This document shows, piece after piece, positions 36,011-45,644 of a DNA stretch of 64,000 bases; position 1 is the first letter of the stretch, and every line of letters starts with the position of its first letter. The position numbers and the translations under genes are program-made. The notes below the pieces were generated by a model that searched no databases, was not told the DNA's origin, and worked only from the letters and a program-made list of their open reading frames with translations. This DNA is from an uncultured Enterobacteriaceae bacterium (lineage in GTDB: Bacteria > Pseudomonadota > Gammaproteobacteria > Burkholderiales > UBA3065): assembly GCA_964524005.1 (NCBI GenBank), contig CAZGBK010000003.1, positions 3,155 to 67,154 on the forward strand, in the 5' to 3' direction.

Positions 36011-36337
36011 GTGATGAAAGGTGGACTGGCAGGCTTGATGAAACAGGCCCAGCAGATGCAGGAGAACATGCGCAAGGCGCAGGAAGAACTCGCTAGCATC
36101 GAGGTCGAGGGCAAGGCGGGCGCCGGCATGGTCACGGTCGCGATGACTTGCCGCCATGATGTGCGACGTGTGCAGATCGATCCATCGTTGCTGCAAGAGG
36201 ACAAGGAGATGCTCGAGGACCTGCTGGCAGCGGCGGTCAACGATGCGGTGAAGAAGGTCGAGGCGACAGTGCAGGAGCGCATGTCGGGCCTGACCGCCGG
36301 TTTGCCAGTGCCGCCCGGCTTCAAGCTGCCGTTCTGA
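36011..36337 (+). CDS. ybaB: Nucleoid-associated protein YbaB/EbfC
   Basis: [61 protein letters not shown] at 36011 or ATG at 36014. GGAGG SD. Confidence 0.9.
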   Translation: MMKGGLAGLMKQAQQMQENMRKAQEELASIEVEGKAGAGMVTVAMTCRHDVRRVQIDPSLLQEDKEMLEDLLAAAVNDAVKKVEATVQERMSGLTAGLPVPPGFKLPF

Positions 36338-36341
36338 CGAC

Positions 36342-36944
36342 GTGAGCGAGCCCTCGGCGCTGGTGCGGCTGATTGAGGCTTTGCGTTGCCTGCCGGCGGT
36401 TGGCCCAAAGTCGGCACAGCGCATGGCCTATCACCTGCTGCAGCGTGACCCGCAAGGGGCCGACCGGCTGGCTCAAGCCATTGTCGAGGCGCGCGAGCGG
36501 ATCGGGCATTGTCAGCTGTGCAATACCTTCAGCGAACGCGATCTTTGCGAGTTATGTGCCGGCCCGGACCGCGATCGCCGGCTGTTGGCGGTGGTGGAGA
36601 CGCCTGCCGATCTGCTACGCATCGAGCAGACCCACACTTTCCGTGGTCTGTATTTCGTCTTGCTGGGCAAGCTTTCGCCGCTGGATGGGGTGGGCCCGCG
36701 ACAGCTGGCGCTTGAACAGCTGCGGCAGCGCGTCGAGGGCAGCGAGATCGAAGAAGTGATCCTGGCCACTGGTTTTAGCGTCGAAGGCGAGGCTACCGCA
36801 CAGTACATCGGTGTCTGGTTGGCCCACCGCGGCATCCGCCTGAGTCGCATCGCGCGAGGTCTGCCGGTCGGTGGTGAGCTGGAGTTCACGGATAGCGGTA
36901 CCTTGGCCCAAGCGCTGGTCGATCGCCGCGAATTGGGTCGCTGA
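36342..36944 (+). CDS. recR: Recombination protein RecR
   Basis: 200 aa. LIEALRCLPAVGPKSAQRMAYHLL helix-hairpin-helix, a C4 zinc finger CQLCNTFSERDLCELC, and a Toprim region. GTG start. Confidence 0.92.
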   Translation: MSEPSALVRLIEALRCLPAVGPKSAQRMAYHLLQRDPQGADRLAQAIVEARERIGHCQLCNTFSERDLCELCAGPDRDRRLLAVVETPADLLRIEQTHTFRGLYFVLLGKLSPLDGVGPRQLALEQLRQRVEGSEIEEVILATGFSVEGEATAQYIGVWLAHRGIRLSRIARGLPVGGELEFTDSGTLAQALVDRRELGR

Positions 36945-36964
36945 CGTAATTACCGGAGAACCCT

Positions 36965-37597
36965 ATGGCCAGCATCCTCGTTATCAACCCGAAGGGCGGC
37001 GCCGGCAAGACTACGCTGGCGACCAATGTCGCCGGCTACCTCGCGCGTAGTGGCGAGTCGGTGGCGCTGGGCGACCTCGACCGTCAGCAGTCGGCGCTGG
37101 CCTGGCTGGGCTTTCGTTCCGATACGCTGCCACAGGTGTCCGGCTTTGATGCGCGGGCGAGCTGGATGCCGCCCTCCGGGGTGGGCACGGTGGTGATCGA
37201 CGGGCCGGCCGGCATTCACGGTGCCGAACTGCGCCGCGCCTTGCGCAACGCCGATCGCGTGCTGATTCCGGTGCAGCCCAGCCTGTTCGACATGAGTGCG
37301 ACTGAAGACTTCCTCGGCGATGTTGTCAGCGAGCAGACCGGTCGCACCGGGGCTGACTACGTAGCGCTTGTGGCCATGCGGGTCGACCCGCGGACGCGTA
37401 CCGCCGGCATGCTGGAACGCTTCCTGGCACATTTCGATCTGCCGGTACTCACTTACTTGCGCGATACCCAGATCTATCCTCTGGCTGGCACTCAGGGCCG
37501 TTCGATTTTCGATTTGGCGCCAAGTCGGGCTCGCCGCGAGTTGGAGAACTGGCAGCCATTGACGGCGTGGCTCGATCGCGCGGTCGTTCAACGCTAG
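36965..37597 (+). CDS. ParA/MinD-family P-loop ATPase (orphan; no parB seen nearby)
   Basis: Deviant Walker A ILVINPKGGAGKTTLATNVA, then GDLDRQQS. 210 aa. Confidence 0.75.
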   Translation: MASILVINPKGGAGKTTLATNVAGYLARSGESVALGDLDRQQSALAWLGFRSDTLPQVSGFDARASWMPPSGVGTVVIDGPAGIHGAELRRALRNADRVLIPVQPSLFDMSATEDFLGDVVSEQTGRTGADYVALVAMRVDPRTRTAGMLERFLAHFDLPVLTYLRDTQIYPLAGTQGRSIFDLAPSRARRELENWQPLTAWLDRAVVQR

Positions 37598-37636
37598 TCA
37601 TGCCGACGTTGCTCGGCTATACTCCGACCCCTCAGA

Positions 37637-37712
<76 letters not shown>

Positions 37713-37720
37713 AGTTTTGA

Positions 37721-37745
37721 AAGCCCGCCACCCGGCGGGCTTTTC
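37721..37745 (+). terminator. Rho-independent terminator after the tRNA
   Basis: 9-bp stem aagcccgcc / ggcgggctt, a 4-nt loop, followed by TTTT. Confidence 0.75.
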
Positions 37746-37831
37746 ATTTAGTGTTGACGTTCAAGAGGCTGCGCGCATCCAGGTTGCCCGCGGCGTACGC
37801 TGACACAAGAGGTCACGACACAGGGGGTCGC

Positions 37832-38059
37832 ATGGGTTCTTTGAGTATCTGGCACTGGTGGGTCGTTCTGGCGGTCCTGGTGCTGGTCTTCGGCACAAAG
37901 AAGCTGCGCGGCGCCGGTGCCGGCCTTGGCGAGGCAGTGAAGGGGTTCCGCAAGGGCAAGGGAGACGCCAGGCCCGCAGACGACGCAGCTCGTCGGGCTT
38001 CGAATCCGCCTGAGTCATTGGCGTCGCGCCGGCTGGCTGCGGACCACGCCCCCGGCTAG
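37832..38059 (+). CDS. tatA: Twin-arginine translocase subunit TatA/E
   Basis: Internal ATG gives [42 protein letters not shown], the canonical TatA TM helix plus amphipathic helix. GGGGG SD upstream. Confidence 0.85.
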   Translation: MGSLSIWHWWVVLAVLVLVFGTKKLRGAGAGLGEAVKGFRKGKGDARPADDAARRASNPPESLASRRLAADHAPG

Positions 38060-38075
38060 CCCCGCGACCAAGCAC

Positions 38076-38486
38076 ATGTTTGACATCAGCTTCACCGAAC
38101 TGCTGCTGGTGGGCGTCGTGGCTCTGCTGGTTCTGGGCCCGGAGCGGTTGCCACGTCTGGCACGCGATGTCGGACACTGGATCGGCCGCGCGCGACGCTA
38201 TGCCCATCGGGTGGTCCAGGACATCGACCGTGAGGGTGAGTTAGCTGAGTTGCGGCGACTGCGCGACGATATCGAGGCCAGTGCCAGGTCGGTCGCAGCG
38301 CAGGCGGAGCAGGTGACCTCCGAACTTGGTCGTACGCTGGATGATGTCGCGCAAGCGCGCGACGACCCCATGCCGGTGGCGGCAACACCAACGGCAGTTG
38401 AACGCAAGCCTAGCGCTTCCGGACACAAACCCCGGCGACGCAAACCCACCGCAGCGTCCAACGAGGGCCCAGCCGGATCTCGCTAG
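38076..38486 (+). CDS. tatB: Twin-arginine translocase subunit TatB
   Basis: [41 protein letters not shown] is the canonical TatB N-terminus. 136 aa. Confidence 0.8.
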   Translation: MFDISFTELLLVGVVALLVLGPERLPRLARDVGHWIGRARRYAHRVVQDIDREGELAELRRLRDDIEASARSVAAQAEQVTSELGRTLDDVAQARDDPMPVAATPTAVERKPSASGHKPRRRKPTAASNEGPAGSR

Positions 38487-38616
38487 TCGCGCCCTTTGGC
38501 GTCTGGGCTCTGTTGATCCCGTTCCCAAAAAGACTTCGCCACGCGTGGCGCGGGCTCCAGGCCAGAACCGATGCCATGCAAGGACGGCTCGGGCGCGGGG
38601 TTGGCGCGCCCCGGCC

Positions 38617-39702
38617 TCAGGCGGACAGCGTGCTGGCCAGCGGATAGTCGGTGTAGCCTTGCTCGCTGCCGCCGTACCAGGACGAGGCGTCGCTGCGCTT
38701 CAGTGGGATACCTAGCTGGATCCGCGTCACCAGATCCGGATTGCCCAGATACGGTCGTCCAAAGGCCACCAGGTCGGCGCTGCCGTCGGCGACTGCCGCG
38801 GCAGCTTTCTCTGGCGTGTAGTTGCAGCAGGCCATGTAGACGCCCGCAAAGGCAGCGCGCAAGGAGCGGTAGTCGACCCGTGCCTGGCCCTGGGCGACGC
38901 GATCTTCGCCTTCCACCACATGCAGATAGGCGATGCGGCCCTTGAGCATGCCGGCCACCGCACTGAACAGCGCCTGCGGGTCGCTGTCGTCGATGTCGTT
39001 GAACGTATTCTCGGGAGAGATGCGGACGCCGGTGCGATCCTTTCCAGCAACCTCTGTGACCGCCGCCACGACCTCGTCGAGCAGGCGTATGCGCTTGGCG
39101 ATGGTGCCGCCATAGGCATCGTTACGGTGGTTGGTCTTGTCGCGCAGGAATTGGTCGAGCAGATAACCATTGGCCGCATGCACTTCGACACCGTCGAAGC
39201 CGGCCAAGAGCGCGCGCCGGGTCGCCGCGGAGTAGGCTTCGACGAGACCAGGCAGCTCGGCGGCATCGAGTGCCCGCGGCACCGGGTGGTCCTGCATGCC
39301 GAAGCGGGTCATCGCTTGGCCTTGCGCGGCGATGGCTGACGGCGCCACCGGCAGTGCACCGTCGGGCTGAAAGTCCTGGTGCGAGATGCGACCGACGTGC
39401 CAGAGCTGCAGGAACATCCGTCCGCCCACCGCGTGCACGGCATCGGTGACGCGTCGCCAGCCAACGACCTGAGCGTCGCTGTGAATGCCCGGGGTGGCTG
39501 GGTAGCCTTGGCCCTCTGGCGCGATCTGCGTTGCCTCCGAGACGATCAGCCCGGCGCTGGCGCGTTGTGCGTAGTACAGCGCGGCCAGTGGTTGCGGGAC
39601 ATGACCCTCGCCAGCCCGACATCGCGTCAGTGGGGCCATGACGATGCGGTTGGGCAGGGTGATTGGGCCGAGGGCGAGCGGCGTGAACAGGGGCGTGGTC
39701 AT
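38617..39702 (-). CDS. Old Yellow Enzyme family NADH:flavin oxidoreductase (N-ethylmaleimide reductase-like)
   Basis: Trimmed to the ATG at 39702. MTTPLFTPLALGPITLPNRIVMAPLTRCRA...FLQLWHVGRISH...GFDGVEVHAANGYLLDQFL...RTDAYGG-type motifs. Confidence 0.88.
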   Translation of the reverse strand: MTTPLFTPLALGPITLPNRIVMAPLTRCRAGEGHVPQPLAALYYAQRASAGLIVSEATQIAPEGQGYPATPGIHSDAQVVGWRRVTDAVHAVGGRMFLQLWHVGRISHQDFQPDGALPVAPSAIAAQGQAMTRFGMQDHPVPRALDAAELPGLVEAYSAATRRALLAGFDGVEVHAANGYLLDQFLRDKTNHRNDAYGGTIAKRIRLLDEVVAAVTEVAGKDRTGVRISPENTFNDIDDSDPQALFSAVAGMLKGRIAYLHVVEGEDRVAQGQARVDYRSLRAAFAGVYMACCNYTPEKAAAAVADGSADLVAFGRPYLGNPDLVTRIQLGIPLKRSDASSWYGGSEQGYTDYPLASTLSA

Positions 39703-39823
39703 GGCAGGCAGTGCACAAAGGGGAGAGGCGCGATTTTCGCATGTACCGACCTTGCAGGGCGCGCTTGCGAAGCCGCTCTCGCACGGGCTAATGTAGTGAA
39801 ATTCCGACATTTGGCGCATATTC

Positions 39824-40270
39824 GTGTCTTCCGTTCCCGCTGCCGTGCAGCCTGTCGATATGACGCTTGCGCATGACCGCGAGGTCGCGCAGCTGAAAGC
39901 CACTATCGCCGCGATGCGCGAGTCGCTCGAGGAGCAGCAGCGTCGGGAACAGGCCGCGGTGCAGGCGGCGATCGCCGCCGAGGCCGACCAGATGCAACAG
40001 ATCAAATCCACCGTGCAGGCGCTGCGCGACGCGCTGGAGGAGTCTCGCCGCCAGACCGAGGCCGCCATCCAGGACACCACCCAGCGCTATGCTGCCGAAC
40101 TGGCACAGATGCGCACCCTGGCGCAGACCATGCGCGACGCGCTGGATGAGGAGCGCGCCGGTCGCGAGCAGGCGATCCAGGCTGCGGTACAGGCGCTGGA
40201 AGCCGAGAACGCTCAACTGCGCGAGACCGTGCAGACCTTGCGAGACACCCTAGAGGCACGCTCAACATGA
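39824..40270 (+). CDS. Coiled-coil protein with four copies of a Q-[LIM]-[KR]-x-T-x-x-x-[LM]-R-[DE]-x-L-[ED]-E motif
   Basis: GTG at 39824 (alternative ATG at 39860). Heptad-rich, Ala/Gln/Glu-rich. The stop overlaps the cyclase ATG (ATGA). No catalytic motif. Confidence 0.5.
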   Translation: MSSVPAAVQPVDMTLAHDREVAQLKATIAAMRESLEEQQRREQAAVQAAIAAEADQMQQIKSTVQALRDALEESRRQTEAAIQDTTQRYAAELAQMRTLAQTMRDALDEERAGREQAIQAAVQALEAENAQLRETVQTLRDTLEARST

Positions 40271-42624
40271 GTTCTACCATCACGCCACCAGCGGCTGCCC
40301 GAACCGCCAAGTCAGGCGCCACGCGTAGCCGGGCGGCGGGCAACGGGGCCAGCAAAGGGGGCGCGTACTCGGTCGCACTGATCGGCAAGACCTGGCAGGA
40401 GAACCTGCTCCGCTTGTTGCTTTCGATCTCGGAGAAGGTCGCGGCGATGGATTCGCTCGACGACATCCTGCATTTGTTGGTCGAGGTCAGCACCGATCAG
40501 CTGGGCGCCGACCGCAGCACGCTGTTCCTCAATGATGCCGCCACCAATGAGCTTTACAGCCGCGTCGCTCAGGGCAACCTGAGCCAGGAGATCCGGCTGA
40601 TGAACGACCGCGGTGTGGCCGGCTGGGTCTACCAGAACGGCAAGCCGGCGATCATTCACGACGCCTACAAGGACAAGCGCTTCGACCGCTCGGTCGACGA
40701 GCGCACCGGATACCGCACGCAGAGCATCCTGTGCGTGCCGATCCGCAACGCCAAGGGCGACATCATTGGTGTTGCGCAGGCATTGAACAAACGGCAGGGC
40801 AAGTTCAGCAAGGACGATCAGGAGCTATTCGCCGCCATCACCACCCAGGGCGCGCTGGGTCTGGAGAGTATGGCGCTGGTCGAGCGCATGAAGCGGCTGC
40901 GCCAGCAGGAGCTCGAGTTCCTCGAGGTGGTCAGCGACCTCACCTCCGACATCAAGATCGACTCGCTGCTCAACAAAGTGATGGCGGAAGCCACGCGCAT
41001 GCTGAATGCCGAGCGCAGCACCCTGTTCCTCAACGACGAGAAGACGCAGACCCTGTGGTCGCAGGTGGGGCAAGGCTTGGGTTCCATGCAGATCCGTCTG
41101 CCGAACACGGCAGGCATCGCCGGGGCGGTGTTCAGCAGCGGCAAGACTATCAATATCCCGCATGCCTATGCCGACCTCCGTTTCAACCCGGCCTTCGACA
41201 AGAAATCGGGCTTCTTCACCCGCAGCATCCTGTGTGTGCCGATCATCAACCAGAAGGGCAAGGTGATCGGCGTCACCCAGGTGCTGAACAAGAAGAACGG
41301 GGTGTTCACGTCCGAGGACGAATCGCGTCTGAAGGCTTTCACCGCGCAGATCGCCATCTCGCTGGAAAATGCTTCGCTGTTCGCCGACGTGCAGAACATG
41401 AAGAACTACAACGAGTCGATGCTCGAGTCGATGAGCAACGGCGTGATCACCTTGGACGACGCCGAGACCGTCATCACCTGTAACGCAGCCGGCTCGAAGA
41501 TCCTGCAGGCGCGGGTCGAGGACATCGTCGGCCAGAAGGTCGAGGCCCTGTTCGGCGAGGACAACGCCTGGATCGTCGAGAAGATCCGCAAGCTCGAAGC
41601 CGACCCGACCCCAGATATCACCATGGACGCCGAGATGCGGGTGCGCGGCGAAGCGGTGTCGGTCAATAGCACCATCCTGCCGCTGACCAGTGTCGAGGGT
41701 GAACGCTTGGGCACGATGGTGATGTTTGAAGACATCTCGTCCGAGAAACGTATGAAGTCGACCATGTCGCGCTACGTCGACCCGGCCATCGCTGACCAGT
41801 TGATGGCCAAGGGCGGCGAGGCGATGGGTGGGCAGAGTGTGACCGCCACGCTGCTGTTCTCGGACATCCGTGGATTCACCACCTTGACCGAAGCACTGGG
41901 CCCGCAGGCCACGGTGACGCTGCTCAACGAGTACTTCGAGATCATGGTCGACTGCATCACCCGTGAAGGCGGCATGCTCGACAAGTTCATCGGCGACGCC
42001 ATCATGGCCGGCTTCGGTATCCCGCTCGCGCACGACGATGACGAGGACCGCGCGGTGCGTGCGGCCGTCTCGATGATCCGCGAGCTAAACGCCTGGAACG
42101 TGGTGCGCGAGGCCGAGGGAAAGCTGCCGGTGCATATCGGTATCGGGTTGAATACCGATATCGTCGTCAGTGGCAACATCGGCTCGAAGAAGCGCATGGA
42201 CTACACCGTCATCGGCGATGGCGTGAACCTCGCGGCTCGCCTCGAGTCGGCTTGCAAACAATACTCGGCGAAGATCCTGATCTCGGAGTTCACTCAGGCC
42301 AAATTGCGTGGCATCTACCGCATGCGCGAGGTCGACCTGGTGGTGGTCAAGGGCAAGACGCAACCGGTGAGCGTCTACGAGGTGCTCGATTACCACACGC
42401 CCGAAAGCTTCCCGAACATGATGGAGGTGCTCGGCAACTTCACCGAGGGCTTGATGCGCTACCGTGCTGGTGGCTGGGACGATGCCATCGCGGGGTTCAC
42501 GAAAGCCTTGCACTACAACCCGAAGGACACGCTCAGCCAGACGTATATCGAGCGCTGCGAGTTCTTGAAGGCGAATCCGCCCGAGGGCGAGTGGGACGGC
42601 GTCTGGGTGATGACCGACAAGTAG
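40267..42624 (+). CDS. GAF-GAF-PAS class III adenylate/guanylate cyclase
   Basis: 785 aa. Two GAF-like regions (STLFLND...ILCVPI, twice), a PAS-like segment, and a cyclase core: ATLLFSDIRGFTTLTE, KFIGDAIMAGFG, YTVIGDGVNLAARLES. Confidence 0.88.
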   Translation: MSSTITPPAAARTAKSGATRSRAAGNGASKGGAYSVALIGKTWQENLLRLLLSISEKVAAMDSLDDILHLLVEVSTDQLGADRSTLFLNDAATNELYSRVAQGNLSQEIRLMNDRGVAGWVYQNGKPAIIHDAYKDKRFDRSVDERTGYRTQSILCVPIRNAKGDIIGVAQALNKRQGKFSKDDQELFAAITTQGALGLESMALVERMKRLRQQELEFLEVVSDLTSDIKIDSLLNKVMAEATRMLNAERSTLFLNDEKTQTLWSQVGQGLGSMQIRLPNTAGIAGAVFSSGKTINIPHAYADLRFNPAFDKKSGFFTRSILCVPIINQKGKVIGVTQVLNKKNGVFTSEDESRLKAFTAQIAISLENASLFADVQNMKNYNESMLESMSNGVITLDDAETVITCNAAGSKILQARVEDIVGQKVEALFGEDNAWIVEKIRKLEADPTPDITMDAEMRVRGEAVSVNSTILPLTSVEGERLGTMVMFEDISSEKRMKSTMSRYVDPAIADQLMAKGGEAMGGQSVTATLLFSDIRGFTTLTEALGPQATVTLLNEYFEIMVDCITREGGMLDKFIGDAIMAGFGIPLAHDDDEDRAVRAAVSMIRELNAWNVVREAEGKLPVHIGIGLNTDIVVSGNIGSKKRMDYTVIGDGVNLAARLESACKQYSAKILISEFTQAKLRGIYRMREVDLVVVKGKTQPVSVYEVLDYHTPESFPNMMEVLGNFTEGLMRYRAGGWDDAIAGFTKALHYNPKDTLSQTYIERCEFLKANPPEGEWDGVWVMTDK

Positions 42625-42628
42625 TCGG

Positions 42629-43042
42629 CTAGTCGCTTTGCGAGGCCCGATAGCGCTCTTCCAGGGCTTTCTTTTGCGCAGCAGTCAGCCCGGCACCGGG
42701 CGTGTGTCGCGCCGCCAAGCGCGCGGCGATCGTCCGCCGTGCTACCCAGACCCCCAGCACCACCAATAGGAAGGGGCCAACCCATAGCGCAGCGTTGGCG
42801 GCCGAGAACGGTGGGTCGTAGAGCACAAATTCGCCGTAGCGGTCGACCATGTACTGCTTGATTTCGGTGTCGCTACGTCCTTCGCTCATCAGCTTGACGA
42901 CCTGGTTGCGTAGATCGATAGCCAGGCCGGCGTTGGAGTCGGCGATGCTTTGGTTCTGGCAGACCAGGCAACGCAGGTCACTGCTGATCTCCCTCAGGCG
43001 CTCGATATCCACGCCCTGCTGCTCAAGGGTGGCAGTGTCCAT
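42629..43042 (-). CDS. ccmH: Cytochrome c maturation protein CcmH (no N-terminal signal peptide)
   Basis: LRCLVCQNQSIADSNAGLAIDLR motif plus a C-terminal TM helix. Begins MDTATLEQQGVDIERL with no hydrophobic leader. Confidence 0.85.
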   Translation of the reverse strand: MDTATLEQQGVDIERLREISSDLRCLVCQNQSIADSNAGLAIDLRNQVVKLMSEGRSDTEIKQYMVDRYGEFVLYDPPFSAANAALWVGPFLLVVLGVWVARRTIAARLAARHTPGAGLTAAQKKALEERYRASQSD

Positions 43043-43045
43043 GGC

Positions 43046-43582
43046 TTAAGCTCCGGGTGCGCGCAGCAGCGGCGCAACATGGGTATCGAAAAAGCTACCG
43101 TCGATCGGGCCGACGTGCTTGTAGCGGATCACTCCGCTGGCATCGATGACGAAGGTCTCTGGCACGCCGTAAACACCGTAGTCGATGCCGACCAAGCCAT
43201 CACGGTCGACAGCGATGCGCGTGAACGGATCGCCGCGTTGACGCAGCCAGTTGCGGGTGTCGCTGGGGGCGTCTTTATAGGCCAGGCCGACCAAGGGCAG
43301 GTCAGGGTGCTGTTCGGCAATGTCGAGCAGATAGGGGTGCTCGACCACGCAAGCAGCGCACCAGCTGGCGAATACGTTGAGCAGCCAGACCTGGCCGCGC
43401 AACTGTTCCGGTGCAAAGGGTGGCTGGTCTTGGGCCAGCGCGGGCAGCTCGAAGGCCGGCGCGGGCTTGTCGATGAACACCGAGGGCAGCTTGCGTGGGT
43501 CGGTCTGCAAGCCGAACACGAACACCACCGCCAGCACGACCAGCACGACCAGCGGCAGAATGACGCGCAGTTGCGACGGCAC
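43046..43582 (-). CDS. ccmG: Thiol:disulfide oxidoreductase CcmG/DsbE
   Basis: N-terminal TM anchor. Thioredoxin fold with WCAAC (Pro-less variant of WCxPC), then GVYGVPETFVID. Confidence 0.88.
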   Translation of the reverse strand: MPSQLRVILPLVVLVVLAVVFVFGLQTDPRKLPSVFIDKPAPAFELPALAQDQPPFAPEQLRGQVWLLNVFASWCAACVVEHPYLLDIAEQHPDLPLVGLAYKDAPSDTRNWLRQRGDPFTRIAVDRDGLVGIDYGVYGVPETFVIDASGVIRYKHVGPIDGSFFDTHVAPLLRAPGA

Positions 43583-43583
43583 C

Positions 43584-45635
43584 TCAGGCTCCCTGGCCGC
43601 TGCTGCGAGCCATGGCGGTCGGCGCGGGATCGGTGGCCGTGTTGGTGGCTGCGCCGGCGGCCTGCCGGCGGAAGCGGTAGCGACGGTCGAACAAGGTCAT
43701 GCCGCCGCCGATCGCCATCATCAGGCATCCGACCCACACCCAGGCCATGAATGGCTTGATGTAGACGCGCACGCTCCAGGCGCCAATGGTGTCACCCTCG
43801 CCCTGCAGGGGGTCGCCCAGCGACACGTAGATGTCGCCGAACAGCCCATATTTCACCGCGGCCTCGGTCATGACCTGCTCGCCAGCGAAGTACATGCGTT
43901 TTTGCGGTTCGAGCAGGTGAATGGTGCGGCCGTCGGTGGTCAGTTCGATAACGCCATGCTGGGCAACGAAGTTGGGCCCCATGACGCGGTCGACACCGAC
44001 GAAGGTGAAACGGGCATCCCCAACAGTCACGGTTTCGTCAGGCTTCATGACCACGTCGCGCTCGATCTCGTACGACTTCACCATGGCGACGCCAATGATG
44101 AACACCGCTACGCCCAGGTGTGCGACCACCATCGACCAGTAGCTGGTGCCGAGCTTGCGCATGCGTGCCGTGAGTGCCACCGGCTCGCCGGTGCCAGCGA
44201 GTTTCGCGAGCTGCTTGCGCGCGTGGTCCAGCGTTCCCCAGATCAGGAACAGGCCGCCGGCCAGCCCCAATGCCGTGAGCCACTTAAAGGGCCCAAGGAG
44301 TAGCACCCAGATCACTCCGAGCCCCAGCGTCACCAACAAGGGCATCCACATCGGGCGCAGGATATCGGCCAGTTGACTCTCCTTCCAACGCAGACCTGGC
44401 GAGACCGCCATCAGCCAGGCAGCTGGCAACAGCAGCGGCGTGAACACAGCCTCGAAGTAGGGGGGGCCCACCGACATCTTGCGGCCGGTGATGACCTCGG
44501 CGAACAGCGGGTAGAGCGTGCCCAGCATCACTGCCCCGAGCGCCGCGGTCATCAGAACGTTGTTGGCGAGCAGGAAGGACTCGCGCGAAACGCGGCCAAA
44601 GCTGCCGCCAATGCCGATGTCGCGTGTCCGGGCGGCGTACAGCACCAGCGAGGCGCCAACCACGACCATCAGCAGCGAGAGGATGAAGATTCCGCGCTCC
44701 GGGTCAGTGGCGAAGGCGTGTACCGAGGTCAGCACACCGGAACGCACCAGGAAGGTTCCCAGCAGCGACAGCGCAAACGTGACGATGGCAAGAAGCACTG
44801 TCCAGCTCTTCAGTGCATCGCGCTTATCGGTGACAGCCAGCGAGTGAATGAGGGCGGTGCCAGCCAGCCAAGGCATCAGCGAGGCGTTCTCGACCGGGTC
44901 CCAGAACCACCAGCCGCCCCAACCGAGTTCGCGATAAGCCCACCAGGACCCCAGCAGGATACCGACCGTCAGGAAGGCCCAAGCGGCGTTGGCCCACGGC
45001 CGGCTCCATCGCGCCCAGGTCGGGTCGAGTCGGCGTTCCATCAACGCCGCAACAGCAAAGGCAAAGGCCACTGCGAAGCCGACATAGCCCATGTAGAGCA
45101 TGGGCGGGTGAATGACCATGAACGGGTCCTGCAGCAGCGGGTTGAGATCGCGGCCCTCGGGCATGGCGGGCAGGATGCGTTCGAACGGGTTCGAGCTCGC
45201 TACCAGGAACAGCAGGAAACCGGCTTGCAGCAACAGCAAGATGGTGAGTACGCGGGCGCGGTAACCATCGGCCAATGCGCCCGAAGCCCAGCCGACGGCG
45301 GCCGTCCAGCCGGCCAGCATCAGCACCCACAGCAGAAAGGAGCCCTCGTGCGAGCCCCAACTGGCGGCGATCTTGTACGGCCAGGGCAGCAAGGTATTGG
45401 AGTTTTCGGCGACGTTGCGGACCGAAAAATCGCTCCCCAAGAACAGCGCGATCAGCAGAACGAAGGCGATGCCGACCAGACCGAACAGCAGGGTCGAGGT
45501 CGAGCGCAACTGGCCGGACAATGCGCCGAGCTCGGTCCGCCCGCCCCCGGTGACACCCCACAATCCGTAAAGCCCGACCACAAGGCTTGTGGCCAGTGCC
45601 AGCGACAACAACATCTGAGCGAGTTCGGCAAGCAT
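43584..45635 (-). CDS. ccmF: Cytochrome c haem lyase subunit CcmF
   Basis: 683 aa polytopic protein. WGGWWFWDPVENASLMPWL is the WWD domain. Confidence 0.93.
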   Translation of the reverse strand: MLAELAQMLLSLALATSLVVGLYGLWGVTGGGRTELGALSGQLRSTSTLLFGLVGIAFVLLIALFLGSDFSVRNVAENSNTLLPWPYKIAASWGSHEGSFLLWVLMLAGWTAAVGWASGALADGYRARVLTILLLLQAGFLLFLVASSNPFERILPAMPEGRDLNPLLQDPFMVIHPPMLYMGYVGFAVAFAFAVAALMERRLDPTWARWSRPWANAAWAFLTVGILLGSWWAYRELGWGGWWFWDPVENASLMPWLAGTALIHSLAVTDKRDALKSWTVLLAIVTFALSLLGTFLVRSGVLTSVHAFATDPERGIFILSLLMVVVGASLVLYAARTRDIGIGGSFGRVSRESFLLANNVLMTAALGAVMLGTLYPLFAEVITGRKMSVGPPYFEAVFTPLLLPAAWLMAVSPGLRWKESQLADILRPMWMPLLVTLGLGVIWVLLLGPFKWLTALGLAGGLFLIWGTLDHARKQLAKLAGTGEPVALTARMRKLGTSYWSMVVAHLGVAVFIIGVAMVKSYEIERDVVMKPDETVTVGDARFTFVGVDRVMGPNFVAQHGVIELTTDGRTIHLLEPQKRMYFAGEQVMTEAAVKYGLFGDIYVSLGDPLQGEGDTIGAWSVRVYIKPFMAWVWVGCLMMAIGGGMTLFDRRYRFRRQAAGAATNTATDPAPTAMARSSGQGA

Positions 45636-45644
45636 GGTCGGTCC

